Source: an uncultured Rickettsiales bacterium (GTDB taxonomy: Bacteria > Pseudomonadota > Alphaproteobacteria > Rickettsiales > RI-342). Taken from it: 64,000 nt of DNA. The notes beneath the pieces were generated by a model. That model was given only the letters and a program-made list of their open reading frames with translations. It made no database searches and had not been told where the DNA came from. Location of the stretch: assembly GCA_964538615.1 (NCBI GenBank), contig CAZIGK010000002.1, forward strand, positions 72,655 to 136,654, written 5' to 3'. The position numbers were made by a program, and so were the translations under genes. How positions within the stretch are numbered: the first letter of the stretch is position 1; each line of letters starts with the position of its first letter. Positions 55,203-64,000 of the stretch are shown here, one piece after another.

Positions 55203-56722
55203 TATTGCCTTATATCTACCCACAGCAAATCATGTTGATGGCCGTACTGATGCCGTTGGTGGCTTTCATGCTCAAGCCGTTTACTGCACGCACACCCAAC
55301 CTGCGTGATGGACTGGCATTTTTAGTCGGGCTTATTACTTTTGCACTGGTTCTCTGGTTGTGGAGTGACTTCCGACAAGGCATACGCCCCTCCATCACCC
55401 TGTGGCATATTCTGCCCGGCATGAGCATTACCTTCAAGCTGGAATCCGCGGGCATGATGTTTGCACTGGTGGCTGCCGGGCTGTGGCCTGTAACCCATCT
55501 CTATGCGGTTGGCTATATGCGTGCCAACCACGAAATACGGCAGACACGCTTTTTCAGCGCCTTCCCCATCGCCATCGCCTGCGCATTGGGCATCGCCTTT
55601 TCTGCTAACTTATTTACCACATTCATTTTTTATGAAATCATGACCCTCTGCACCTACCCGCTGGTCACGCACAAGGGCAATGAAGCGGCGCGTCAGGCGG
55701 GCAGAACATATCTGGGTGTCCTCATGGGGACATCTCTCACCTTACTGTTGCCAGCCATTTTGTGGGTCTGGCAAGTCACAGGGAGTATGGAATATACACA
55801 AGGTGGGTTGTTTGCCGGGTGGCAACATGGTCAAAGCCCCTTCATCATGGGGTTGATGCTGCTGTTTTTTGTCTTTGGTACGGCCAAGGCTGCGGTCATG
55901 CCGTTCCACCGCTGGCTACCCGCCGCGATGATCGCTCCTACGCCTGTCAGCGCCCTGTTACATGCGGTCGCAGTGGTCAAGGCCGGTATCTTTATCGTGT
56001 TTAAGGTGGTGGTCTATATTTTCGGTGCGGATTATCTGGATTCATTGGTGGTAGAAACCCCACTGATAAGCGCATGGCTACCGTATCTGGCCGGTGTAAC
56101 GGTGATTGCCGCCTCCGTCATTGCCCTACAGCAGGATGATTTGAAAAAACGTCTGGCCTATTCCACCATATCCCAGCTTTCTTACATCGTAATGGCTACT
56201 GGATTATTATCCCCCTACGCGTTGATGGGAGCCGTAGCACATCTGGTGGCGCATGCGGTCAGCAAAATTACCCTGTTTTTCGCCGCCGGGAATATCTATA
56301 CCGCCAGCGGCAAAAAAATGACCAAAGTCAGCCAAATGCAGGGCATTGGTCGCCTCATGCCTATCACCATGACCGCATTCGCGGTGGGTAGCCTGTCGCT
56401 TATTGGGCTGCCGCCCACCATTGGCTTTGTCAGCAAGTGGTTTATGGTGAAAGGCGCCATGCAGGAAGGACACATTTTCGCTCTGCTGGTGTTTGCCATC
56501 AGTACCCTGCTTAATGCCGCTTACCTGCTGCCGATTGTCGGTCAGGCCTTTTTAGCACCACCACAAAATGCCACGCAGGAGGCACCCCATGGGGAGGCTC
56601 CCTGGCCAATGCTGGTTGCTATCTGCATAAGCGCGCTGCTGGTGCTGGCACTTTTTGCCATGCCATGGCTATTGTTGGATAACCTGACCAGCTTCCTGCC
56701 GGAAGCATGGCCGGAATATTAA
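55199..56722 (+). CDS. MrpD / NuoM-like proton-conducting antiporter subunit (copy 2)
   Basis: FIFYEIMTLCTYPLV, LAYSTISQLSYIVMA and HAVSKITLFFAAG. It has an ATGA overlap with copy 1. Confidence 0.85.
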   Translation: MILPYIYPQQIMLMAVLMPLVAFMLKPFTARTPNLRDGLAFLVGLITFALVLWLWSDFRQGIRPSITLWHILPGMSITFKLESAGMMFALVAAGLWPVTHLYAVGYMRANHEIRQTRFFSAFPIAIACALGIAFSANLFTTFIFYEIMTLCTYPLVTHKGNEAARQAGRTYLGVLMGTSLTLLLPAILWVWQVTGSMEYTQGGLFAGWQHGQSPFIMGLMLLFFVFGTAKAAVMPFHRWLPAAMIAPTPVSALLHAVAVVKAGIFIVFKVVVYIFGADYLDSLVVETPLISAWLPYLAGVTVIAASVIALQQDDLKKRLAYSTISQLSYIVMATGLLSPYALMGAVAHLVAHAVSKITLFFAAGNIYTASGKKMTKVSQMQGIGRLMPITMTAFAVGSLSLIGLPPTIGFVSKWFMVKGAMQEGHIFALLVFAISTLLNAAYLLPIVGQAFLAPPQNATQEAPHGEAPWPMLVAICISALLVLALFAMPWLLLDNLTSFLPEAWPEY

Positions 56723-56744
56723 ACGAGGGGAAGGAAATAAGCCC

Positions 56745-57023
56745 ATGCAACGCCCAACCCGCAATAACCGCTTCAGTGATTTTTCAGCCAAACGTCTGCA
56801 ACGCTTGTGGATAGCTCTGATCAGCGTGCTGCTGGCGAGCCTGCTGGCAGAGATTTTCGTACCGCTGCACGGCTATTTCACATGGGATAGCGCACCGTTT
56901 TTTCATGCGGCCTTCGGCTTCGCTGCCTGCGCAGCGATCGTACTGGTATCCAACCTGTGGGGCTGGCTGGTAAAACGGCCTGAAGCCGCAGAAGTGCTGG
57001 AACATATGGAGAAAAATACATGA
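56745..57023 (+). CDS. Small two-TM membrane protein inside the mrp operon
   Basis: 92-aa ORF with hydrophobic helices LWIALISVLLASLLAEIFV and AAFGFAACAAIVLVSNLWGWL. Its stop overlaps the next start (ATGA). Confidence 0.5.
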   Translation: MQRPTRNNRFSDFSAKRLQRLWIALISVLLASLLAEIFVPLHGYFTWDSAPFFHAAFGFAACAAIVLVSNLWGWLVKRPEAAEVLEHMEKNT

Positions 57024-58795
57024 GCATGTTCTGGTTGCAAAGCCCCGGCTTGTGGGTGTTGTTGGGAGCCGTATTCTACAGCCTAATGCCAAACCGCTGG
57101 CGGGATACCTACGCCGTTGTGATTGCCTGCGGTGCTTTGGCGCTGTCCTGGAACTTTCCAGATGATGGGAGATTGCTCCTAACCCTCTTCCGTCACGAAT
57201 TTATTGTGCAGGAAGTGCGTCCATTTAGTCGCATTTTTGCGGTTGCTTTCAGCATCGCGCTACTGGGGGGCAGCGTCTTTGCCTTTGGTCAGCAACGCTA
57301 CCGCGAGGTGCAGGCCGCCCTCCTCTATGCCGGAAGCGCACTCATGATCTGCTTCTGTGGAGATTTATTGGTGCTATTACTGTTCTGGGAAGTGATGGCG
57401 ATTGGCTCTGCATTGGTGCTGTGGTTTGGCGGCATGGCCGCTTCCCGTACGGTCGCCATGCGCTATGTGCTGATGCACTTGCTGGGTGGAGTATTGATGC
57501 TGGAAGGCATCTCCCTGATGATCTACATGACGGATAGCACCAGTCTGCCAAGCCTTGCCATTGACTGGATCACCCTGCACGGAGCCGCCAGTGTTCCCAT
57601 GGATTCGGATAAGATTCTGCATGGCTATAGCTTTATGGCTGATATTAGCATCTGGTTGGTTTTCAGCGGCATTCTGGTCAATCTGGCCGCCCCGCCCTTC
57701 AGCGCATGGCTGGCGGATAGTTATCCGGAAGCCTCCCCCAGTGGCAGTGTGTTTCTCTCGGCTTTCACCACAAAAACAGCGGTTTATGTGCTATTGACCC
57801 TGTTTGCTGGCACCCCACTCCTGATTGCTGTGGGGCTGTTTATGGTCTTTTACGGTATTATTTACGCAATGCTGGAAAATGATTTCCGCCGGATATTATC
57901 CTACAGCATCGTTAATCAGGTGGGCTTTATGGTCGTCGGGATTGGTATTGGCAGCCCGCTGGCGTTATACGGTGCCGCAGCCCACGCATTTTGCCATATT
58001 ATTTACAAAGCCCTGCTCATGATGACAGCGGGAACCGTGGTGCAGGCGACAGGGCTTCGCCGTTGTACGGATGTAGGGGGGCTTTACCACTCTATGCCCT
58101 TCACCACCTTGTGCGCCATGATTGGTGCTCTGGCGATTTCTGCCTTTCCCCTCACCTCTGGTTTTGTCAGCAAATCTATGATCTCCGCTGCTGCGGCGGA
58201 AGGCGGACTAGACTGGGTATACGCCTTGCTATTGGCCGCCAGTGCCGGGGTGTTCCTGCATGCTGGGGTCAAATACCCATGGTTTGTGTTTTTCCAACGG
58301 GATAGTGGTCTTCGCCCTAAAGACCCCGCGTTCCCCATGAAACTGGCAATGGGAAGTTTTGCCCTGTTGTGCCTGTTACCCGGTATCGCGCCGGAATTGC
58401 TATATCAGTTATTACCCAGCCAGCCAGAGTTTGAACCCAACACGGCGGGGCATTGGGTTGGGCAATTACAATTATTACTTTTCTCTGGTCTGGCCTTTTT
58501 TGTGTTGCTCCCTTGGTTGCAGCGTACACACACGGTGACGCTGGATATGGACTGGCTCTATCGCAATGCGGGGCGTGCGGTGCTGGTGTACCTATGGTGG
58601 CTCTTGAACAGCGCCAAACAGGGCATTGTGTCAGGTGGACTGTGGCTTTTGCATGCCATCGGCCAACGCCTGCGCCATTGGCACCAGCCAACCGGTATTT
58701 TTGCCCGCAGTGTTGAAGTGGCCGATGCCACCATTTGGGTAGGCATAGCACTGGCTGTTTATTTACTGAGTTATTACAGCGCCATACCGCAATAA
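57020..58795 (+). CDS. MrpD/MrpA-like (NuoL/M/N family) antiporter subunit (copy 3)
   Basis: FWEVMAIGSALVLW, ILSYSIVNQVGFMVVG and HAFCHIIYKALLMM. Length is 591 aa and the protein is polytopic. Confidence 0.8.
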   Translation: MSMFWLQSPGLWVLLGAVFYSLMPNRWRDTYAVVIACGALALSWNFPDDGRLLLTLFRHEFIVQEVRPFSRIFAVAFSIALLGGSVFAFGQQRYREVQAALLYAGSALMICFCGDLLVLLLFWEVMAIGSALVLWFGGMAASRTVAMRYVLMHLLGGVLMLEGISLMIYMTDSTSLPSLAIDWITLHGAASVPMDSDKILHGYSFMADISIWLVFSGILVNLAAPPFSAWLADSYPEASPSGSVFLSAFTTKTAVYVLLTLFAGTPLLIAVGLFMVFYGIIYAMLENDFRRILSYSIVNQVGFMVVGIGIGSPLALYGAAAHAFCHIIYKALLMMTAGTVVQATGLRRCTDVGGLYHSMPFTTLCAMIGALAISAFPLTSGFVSKSMISAAAAEGGLDWVYALLLAASAGVFLHAGVKYPWFVFFQRDSGLRPKDPAFPMKLAMGSFALLCLLPGIAPELLYQLLPSQPEFEPNTAGHWVGQLQLLLFSGLAFFVLLPWLQRTHTVTLDMDWLYRNAGRAVLVYLWWLLNSAKQGIVSGGLWLLHAIGQRLRHWHQPTGIFARSVEVADATIWVGIALAVYLLSYYSAIPQ

Positions 58796-58850
58796 CGGCA
58801 TAACGTCATCACAATAGGCACACACCACATCCCCTTTGACGGTGGAACGG

Positions 58851-59621
58851 TCAGAACTGATCCTTCAACCGCCGCAACTCCGCCAGTACATCCACGGCAT
58901 TCGCTTCCGGGAGACCAAGGGCTGTGGCAAGTGCAGGCTCGTGGGTGCGTAAAAACAGGTTCACCTGCTTTTCCTGCCCCACGGTGGTAGGCACGGTCGG
59001 CTGCTGGTTCTGACGCAGGGTTTTCACCTCTTTTTCACGCTGTTGTAGGCCTTCATCCTGCGGCAGAATCTGTCGGGCAAAACGCAGGTTGGCCTCAGTA
59101 TATTCATGCGCGCAATAGACAAAGGTTTCATCTGGTAATTCGGCAATACGGGCAAGGCTTCTGGCCATTTGGCTGGCGGTGCCTTCAAACAACCGGCCAC
59201 AGCCGGAGGCAAACAGCACATCGCCACTAAACAGTGCGGCCTCCCCGGCGAAGTAATAGCCAATATGCCCCAATGTATGGCCGGGCAAGCACAGAATATG
59301 TGCCACACTATCCCCCAGAGAAAAACGATCCCCCTCTTGCAAGGGGATATCCAGCAGAGGAATTCTGCTCGCATCCTCCACGTAGCCAACCACCGAACAG
59401 TCCGTAAACTCGCGTTTCAGGCCATGGTTTCCCCCCACATGATCCGCATGATGGTGGGTATTCAAAATAAAATGCAAATCCCAACCGTGTATTGCCAGTT
59501 GATGCAACACCCCCTCCGTATCGGAAGGGTCCACCACCGCCGTTTTACCCGTAGCATCATCATGTAGCAGGTAATTGTAATTATCCTTTAGGGCTGCAAA
59601 TTGCACAATTCGCAGGGGCAT
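58851..59621 (-). CDS. gloB: Hydroxyacylglutathione hydrolase (glyoxalase II)
   Basis: DNYNYLLHD and the metallo-beta-lactamase motif THHHADHVGG, plus a C-terminal HAGH domain (CAHEYTEANLRFA). The start is MPLRIVQ at 59621. Confidence 0.9.
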   Translation of the reverse strand: MPLRIVQFAALKDNYNYLLHDDATGKTAVVDPSDTEGVLHQLAIHGWDLHFILNTHHHADHVGGNHGLKREFTDCSVVGYVEDASRIPLLDIPLQEGDRFSLGDSVAHILCLPGHTLGHIGYYFAGEAALFSGDVLFASGCGRLFEGTASQMARSLARIAELPDETFVYCAHEYTEANLRFARQILPQDEGLQQREKEVKTLRQNQQPTVPTTVGQEKQVNLFLRTHEPALATALGLPEANAVDVLAELRRLKDQF

Positions 59622-59726
59622 AATTTTCTCTCTCCAACAGACAAAACACGTCATCACCCTATAGCTTGTTCACAAACCTGTGAAGTTTCGATATGGTTGT
59701 ACCCACTTCTCTGGGGATTGCGTAGC

Positions 59727-60476
59727 ATGTTCTGGCCGGATATCGGGTGTTATCGTCAGTTTTATCAATCCCTGCACGGGCAACTAGCCTGTCGCAGGCT
59801 ACGACAGGTCATTACACGTTGCTGGCCAGATGTGCGTCATGATACGATTGCCGGTATCGGGTACACCATCCCTTACCTATTGGCGTTACAGGATAAAGCT
59901 CAACAAGTCATCGCCTGCATGCCTGCTCAGCAAGGGGCGCGATTATGGCCGGTTGGTCAGCCCTGCAAAACCATTCTCACCTACGAGGATGCACTTCCCT
60001 TCCCGGATCATAGTCTGGAGCGTGTACTGGTCGTACATGCGCTGGAACATACACAATTTGCACTCCCCATGCTGGAGGATATCTGGCGTGTACTGGTGCC
60101 CGGTGGCACATTGCTGGTCGTAGTCCCCAACCGCCGCGGCATCTGGGCACATATGGATAACACTCCGCTGGGTTCCGGCCATCCTTACAGCCGCCCACAA
60201 CTGGCACGGCTATTACAACAAGCCAGATTTTCTGCGGTTTTGGAGGGAAGCCTGCTGCATTTCCCTCCCACGGAAAAACGTATGTGGCTACGTCTCTCCG
60301 GCCTGCTGGATAAGCTTGGGGCATGGCTATGCCCTGCCTTTGGTGGCTGGTTATGGATGGAGGCAGAAAAACAACTTTATGCCACCAGCAAACAGCCCGT
60401 CAAACGCTTTGCCCCCGGCTGGGGACACCCAGAGCGCCTCCCCGCAGGGGTCAATCCCAGAGGTAAAACCCTCTAA
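59727..60476 (+). CDS. Class I SAM-dependent methyltransferase (divergent from gloB)
   Basis: VLVVHALEHTQFALPMLEDIWRVLVPGGTLLVVVPN is the Methyltransf_11-type post-I/II region. The start is chosen at MFWPD (59727). Confidence 0.65.
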   Translation: MFWPDIGCYRQFYQSLHGQLACRRLRQVITRCWPDVRHDTIAGIGYTIPYLLALQDKAQQVIACMPAQQGARLWPVGQPCKTILTYEDALPFPDHSLERVLVVHALEHTQFALPMLEDIWRVLVPGGTLLVVVPNRRGIWAHMDNTPLGSGHPYSRPQLARLLQQARFSAVLEGSLLHFPPTEKRMWLRLSGLLDKLGAWLCPAFGGWLWMEAEKQLYATSKQPVKRFAPGWGHPERLPAGVNPRGKTL

Positions 60477-60662
60477 AAATAAGAAGGCCTTTTGATACTT
60501 TGCCAAGACAGGTTCTTCCTGCCACTCCATCAGAACGGGGTGACATAACCTATACACCCGGCATTATCTTTTTTAGCGGCAGCTAATGGCGCATTTATGC
60601 GAAGCGCCATAGAGTGTTGGACATGGCACATGCCTATGGTTCAACCAGACAGGAAACTCGCT

Positions 60663-61385
60663 ATGAACGCGAAAAAAAATACCATCCTTATTGTCGATGA
60701 TGAAGTGCAAATCCGTAAATTATTAAAAATATCTCTGGAAAGCGATGGGTATAAAACCATTGACTGCGACAATGGCCGGGAAGCTGTACGGCTGGCGGCT
60801 TCCGTGAAACCTGAATTGATTATTCTGGATCTGGGCTTACCAGACATGGATGGTCAGGAGGTGATTGCGCAGGTGAGGGAATGGTCACAAGTGCCCATGA
60901 TTGTTTGCTCCGTGCGTAGCGGAGATAAAGATGTTGTCAAAGCACTAGGCAATGGTGCGGATGATTATGTCACCAAACCCTTCAATCCAGATGTATTATT
61001 AGCCCGTATTCAGGCTAACTTGCGTAAAGCCGCAACGCAGGAAGCCGGTGAACCGGAGCTGACCAATGGCGTGATTCGGATGGATCTGGTGCGCCATGAA
61101 GTCTTCCTGCGAGGCGAAAGTACCTTTTTCACTCCGAAAGAATATGCACTCCTACGTTATTTCATGACCCATCGTGGTAAAATGCTGACCCACCGTCAGA
61201 TACTCAAAGACGTCTGGGGGCCTGCGAATGTGGACGATATGCAATACCTGCGGGTGTATGTCAGCCAATTACGTGAAAAAATTGAGGAAAAACCCTCCGA
61301 CCCCACCTACATTGTCACAGAACCTGGTATTGGCTATCGTATGGAAATGATGGATACCCCTCAAACCAGCCAGCAAGCCGCCTAA
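60663..61385 (+). CDS. kdpE: OmpR-family response regulator, KdpE-like
   Basis: ILIVDDE...LIILDLGLPDMDG...VTKPF, then a winged helix with LRVYVSQLREKIEEKPSDPTYIVTEPGIGYR, which is very KdpE-like. No kdpD or kdpFABC lies adjacent. Confidence 0.75.
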   Translation: MNAKKNTILIVDDEVQIRKLLKISLESDGYKTIDCDNGREAVRLAASVKPELIILDLGLPDMDGQEVIAQVREWSQVPMIVCSVRSGDKDVVKALGNGADDYVTKPFNPDVLLARIQANLRKAATQEAGEPELTNGVIRMDLVRHEVFLRGESTFFTPKEYALLRYFMTHRGKMLTHRQILKDVWGPANVDDMQYLRVYVSQLREKIEEKPSDPTYIVTEPGIGYRMEMMDTPQTSQQAA

Positions 61386-61445
61386 AACGTCCTAATGCCT
61401 TCGTTGAGGGCTTATGGCATGACGTTCGACATATCATCAGCAGAA

Positions 61446-61477
61446 AAAGAGGGTGCCATGGGTGTCCTCTTTTTTTG
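61446..61477 (+). terminator. Rho-independent terminator after the kdpE-like gene
   Basis: AAGAGG-GTGCCATGGGTGT-CCTCTT followed by TTTTTT. Confidence 0.5.
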
Positions 61478-61557
61478 TGTTTTTGCGGAAATATTAACCC
61501 TCCCCTCTTATACTACAGATAGAAAATTGCCCCCTTATGCATGCGTGCAGGAGTTTC

Positions 61558-62973
61558 ATGTCTGTTTTTGTTCGTCTGGTATCTGTTTTGGGTACAGGTT
61601 TTTCGATAAAATGGCGAGGGACTCGCTCTGCCGTTGACACAAAAAACGCTGCCCGAAATACGCTTCGCCACGGCTTCAGTCTCATTGAATTAGCCATCAT
61701 CCTCACCGTGTCGGCCGTCATTATGGCTGGCGCTTTGGACTGGTTATCTCCCACTTCCGCAGACTATGTGCAGAAAATGGAACTCACGCAGCATCGGCTG
61801 AAAGTCATTCGCCATGCATTACTGCAATTCCGGTTGCTCAATAATCGTCTGCCCTGCCCTGCGGATAATCAGTTAAACCTCTACAGCTCCAACAGCAGTG
61901 GTGTCGAAAATTGCAACGTCGCCGGACAAAAAATCGGTACCATCCCTACCCGCACATTAGGGTTACCACTTGAGTTTCAAACCGATGGCTGGGACAGACG
62001 CTTCACCTACCATTTGGCCACGGCTGTTTGCGGCCAGACAGCCAGCCCCAGCACCTGCTCAGCTACGTATGTTGGGGCAGCGGATCTGGCAACCGCCGAA
62101 ACAGACACCAACTATCTGACCGTCTTTACCTCCTATCTGGGGGGAGACTACCCCACCGCCTCCACCGGCGTACGCCTGACCTACAGTGCAGTCGCCGTGG
62201 TGGTCAGCCATGGCGTGAACGGGCTTGGGGCTTGGAAAACGAATAACTCCGGCGGATGGCGCATGCCACTAACCAGCACCGATATTCGGGATCAATATAA
62301 TATTGCTGGCAGCGCGGCTTCAGCACCTTTCCCCAACATATTAAACGAAAGCCGGAATGCTTTTACCGCTCAGAATGCAGACAACGATACCCGCTATTGG
62401 CTGGATAAACCACATGGAGATATTAGCGGTGCCGCCAATACCGCCACGGATGATATGGGGTTTCACCTCACCCGAAGAGACATTGAGAAAGGCATTATCG
62501 AAGATTTTCCTCCTATCCCTCAAGCCGAATGCGTAAGCTTTTCTACCGCATTACAAACCATGCGGTCACTTACACAACTGCAACGCCGCATCATCAATGA
62601 CGCAGGCAACGCAAACCATGACACCACAGAAGTACCGGTACAGCCTTTCATGTATACGACCATCACCAATATCAGTGCAGGCACCCATACGGGAGAGTTT
62701 ACCAGTATCCCCACCGCACCACTCAATCAACGCCTGCCGCTGGCAGAAGGGCTGGCTGCTATTTTCTGGACCATGCAATCCGTCTGCTCCGCCTATTACA
62801 GCACTTACTACAGCGAAACAAATCCGAACTTTATGTGTCCGGTCGGGGCAGGTTTTATCAGTTCCAATACAGGCTGGTGGAATACCATTACCGGCGGTGC
62901 GGCACAGGATCCTTCGACACTACTCAATAATCCTGCCGGTCATCTGGGGGGGTACGCAAAATCATGCCAATAA
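61558..62973 (+). CDS. Large prepilin-type protein with a GspG-like pseudopilin core and a long C-terminal extension
   Basis: Prepilin cleavage/methylation motif RHG/FSLIELAIILTVSAVIMAGAL, with Glu at +5. GspG-like blocks are LLQFRLLNNRLPCPAD, GTIPTRTLGLPLEFQTDGWDRRFTY and VVVSHGVNGLG. AGGAG lies before ATG 61558; the longest ORF starts at 61537. Confidence 0.75.
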   Translation: MSVFVRLVSVLGTGFSIKWRGTRSAVDTKNAARNTLRHGFSLIELAIILTVSAVIMAGALDWLSPTSADYVQKMELTQHRLKVIRHALLQFRLLNNRLPCPADNQLNLYSSNSSGVENCNVAGQKIGTIPTRTLGLPLEFQTDGWDRRFTYHLATAVCGQTASPSTCSATYVGAADLATAETDTNYLTVFTSYLGGDYPTASTGVRLTYSAVAVVVSHGVNGLGAWKTNNSGGWRMPLTSTDIRDQYNIAGSAASAPFPNILNESRNAFTAQNADNDTRYWLDKPHGDISGAANTATDDMGFHLTRRDIEKGIIEDFPPIPQAECVSFSTALQTMRSLTQLQRRIINDAGNANHDTTEVPVQPFMYTTITNISAGTHTGEFTSIPTAPLNQRLPLAEGLAAIFWTMQSVCSAYYSTYYSETNPNFMCPVGAGFISSNTGWWNTITGGAAQDPSTLLNNPAGHLGGYAKSCQ

Positions 62974-64000
62974 CCTCTGTTTCATATCCCCGCCACGGCT
63001 ACACACTGATTGAACTGTCAGTGGTCATCGCCATTGTCAGCGTACTCATTGCGGGTGCCTTAGCAGGCTATCAGCAATTCAGCACCGCAGACAAAGTGAA
63101 GCTTACCAACAGCAAAATGGACCACATTGAGCAAGCTTTGGTGGAGTATTTTAACACCCACCGTTCCCTTCCCTGTCCTGCTGCGGGCAATGTGGCCATC
63201 ACGAGCAACGCCTTTGGACAGCCAGCATCCTCCGGCGTCACGACCTGTACCACACCGGATGGAGGACACGGCACCATTCCCACGCAAGCATTGAACTTGC
63301 AGCCAGAAGATGCTCTGGATGGTTGGGGTAACCTGATGAGCTATTATCTTTCCCCCGGCATGAACCTTTCCGGTGAAATACGCAATATTGTGGTACAAGG
63401 TGCTGGAGAGGCAGAAGTATACCCCACACTGGCAGACGCCTCTGCCAATACCAATAGCCTGACAGGTTTAGCGCAAACAACTCCGGCACGAAATTACGGT
63501 GCAGCCTACGTGATGGTGAGTCATGGACAAAACGGGGAGTTTGCCTACCGACGAAGCGGCAGTGGGCGTGCCCCCGGTACCGCAGGCACCGCAGAAGAAG
63601 AAAATGGAGATAATGACCTCCGCTTCGTACAGCAACAATATGGCGTCAATTTTGATGATATCGTCCGTTTTGGTAGCAAAATCATGCTGGGGGAAGGAGT
63701 GATGTTGAAAAATCCGCTACTGAAAGAGCGGGTTCCCTCGGAGTTAGTGACATACGCCACCAATATTGCTGAGGCCAATGGCTCGACAACCGGGCTTGAA
63801 GGCGTAAACCCGGCCGCCTTTACGGGGGTACAAGCCGGCATGTCGGCATTGCTGACTGCATTTGAACGTGCCGTGACCTGGCTGCAATTTTTGAATGGTC
63901 TGGACTCTGATACCGCGAGCGATTCTGTCTTCACGCAACAGACCGTCTGGAAATGCCCGGACAATCTGCTCTACATGACCTCTACGGGTACCGCCAACAC
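62964..64000 (+). CDS. Second large prepilin-type, GspG-like protein (3' end outside window)
   Basis: Not in the ORF track because there is no stop in the window. My hand translation from ATG 62964 stays open to base 64000: MPITSVSYPRHG/YTLIELSVVIAIVSVLIAGALAGYQQF... with LVEYFNTHRSLPCPAAG, GTIPTQALNLQPEDALDGWGNLMSYY and VMVSHGQNGEF. Its ATG overlaps the previous gene's stop (ATGCCAATAA). Confidence 0.7.
   Translation, partial: MPITSVSYPRHGYTLIELSVVIAIVSVLIAGALAGYQQFSTADKVKLTNSKMDHIEQALVEYFNTHRSLPCPAAGNVAITSNAFGQPASSGVTTCTTPDGGHGTIPTQALNLQPEDALDGWGNLMSYYLSPGMNLSGEIRNIVVQGAGEAEVYPTLADASANTNSLTGLAQTTPARNYGAAYVMVSHGQNGEFAYRRSGSGRAPGTAGTAEEENGDNDLRFVQQQYGVNFDDIVRFGSKIMLGEGVMLKNPLLKERVPSELVTYATNIAEANGSTTGLEGVNPAAFTGVQAGMSALLTAFERAVTWLQFLNGLDSDTASDSVFTQQTVWKCPDNLLYMTSTGTAN

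Noticed and set aside
61395-61637. 80-aa ORF upstream of, and overlapping, the first pseudopilin gene
   Set aside because: It spans the terminator hairpin after the kdpE-like gene. It also overlaps the pseudopilin start, which has its own AGGAG RBS. Its sequence has no features.
1-64000. CRISPR arrays, rRNA/tRNA genes, transposases, integrases, phage or genomic-island boundaries
   Set aside because: I saw no regularly spaced direct repeats and no tRNA-like sequence in any intergenic gap larger than 80 bp. No ORF has transposase, integrase or recombinase motifs. Composition appears uniform apart from short AT-rich promoter regions.

Overview
64-kb chromosomal segment from a flagellated Gram-negative bacterium. 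Gene content looks alphaproteobacterial: dapD type, split ccm genes, a gloB/methyltransferase divergent pair and a DUF2336 gene. The exact taxon cannot be determined by eye. I support about 55 protein-coding genes. I saw no rRNA, tRNA, CRISPR array, transposase or integrase. Housekeeping genes are gatB (5' end outside the window), rnr, a RumA-type rRNA methyltransferase, dapD, a Y-family polymerase, htpG, ccmDEF, putA, dxs and gloB. Three blocks stand out. (1) A c-di-GMP and two-component signalling region at 9-24 kb holds a PAS/degenerate-GGDEF/EAL protein and a membrane sensor whose HD-GYP domain has lost its catalytic motifs. That sensor is divergently paired with a LapG-type periplasmic cysteine protease. 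The same region holds a sigma54 enhancer-binding response regulator, a pseudo-receiver protein and an 1100-aa hybrid kinase with REC-REC-Hpt. (2) A late flagellar cluster at 35.7-47.6 kb reads flgE-flgD-fliK, flaG, flagellin, fliS-fliD, flaG, flagellin on the minus strand. It has hand-identified sigma54 -24/-12 promoters in front of fliK, fliD and one flagellin. An almost identical promoter lies in front of the distant DUF2336 gene. (3) A translationally coupled nine-gene Mrp/Mbh-like antiporter operon at 50.7-58.8 kb has three MrpD-like subunits and no canonical MrpA. The window ends in two overlapping genes for unusually large GspG-like pseudopilins. All calls come from reading the ORF translations and the DNA by eye. 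Start codons are judgement calls and no database search was run.
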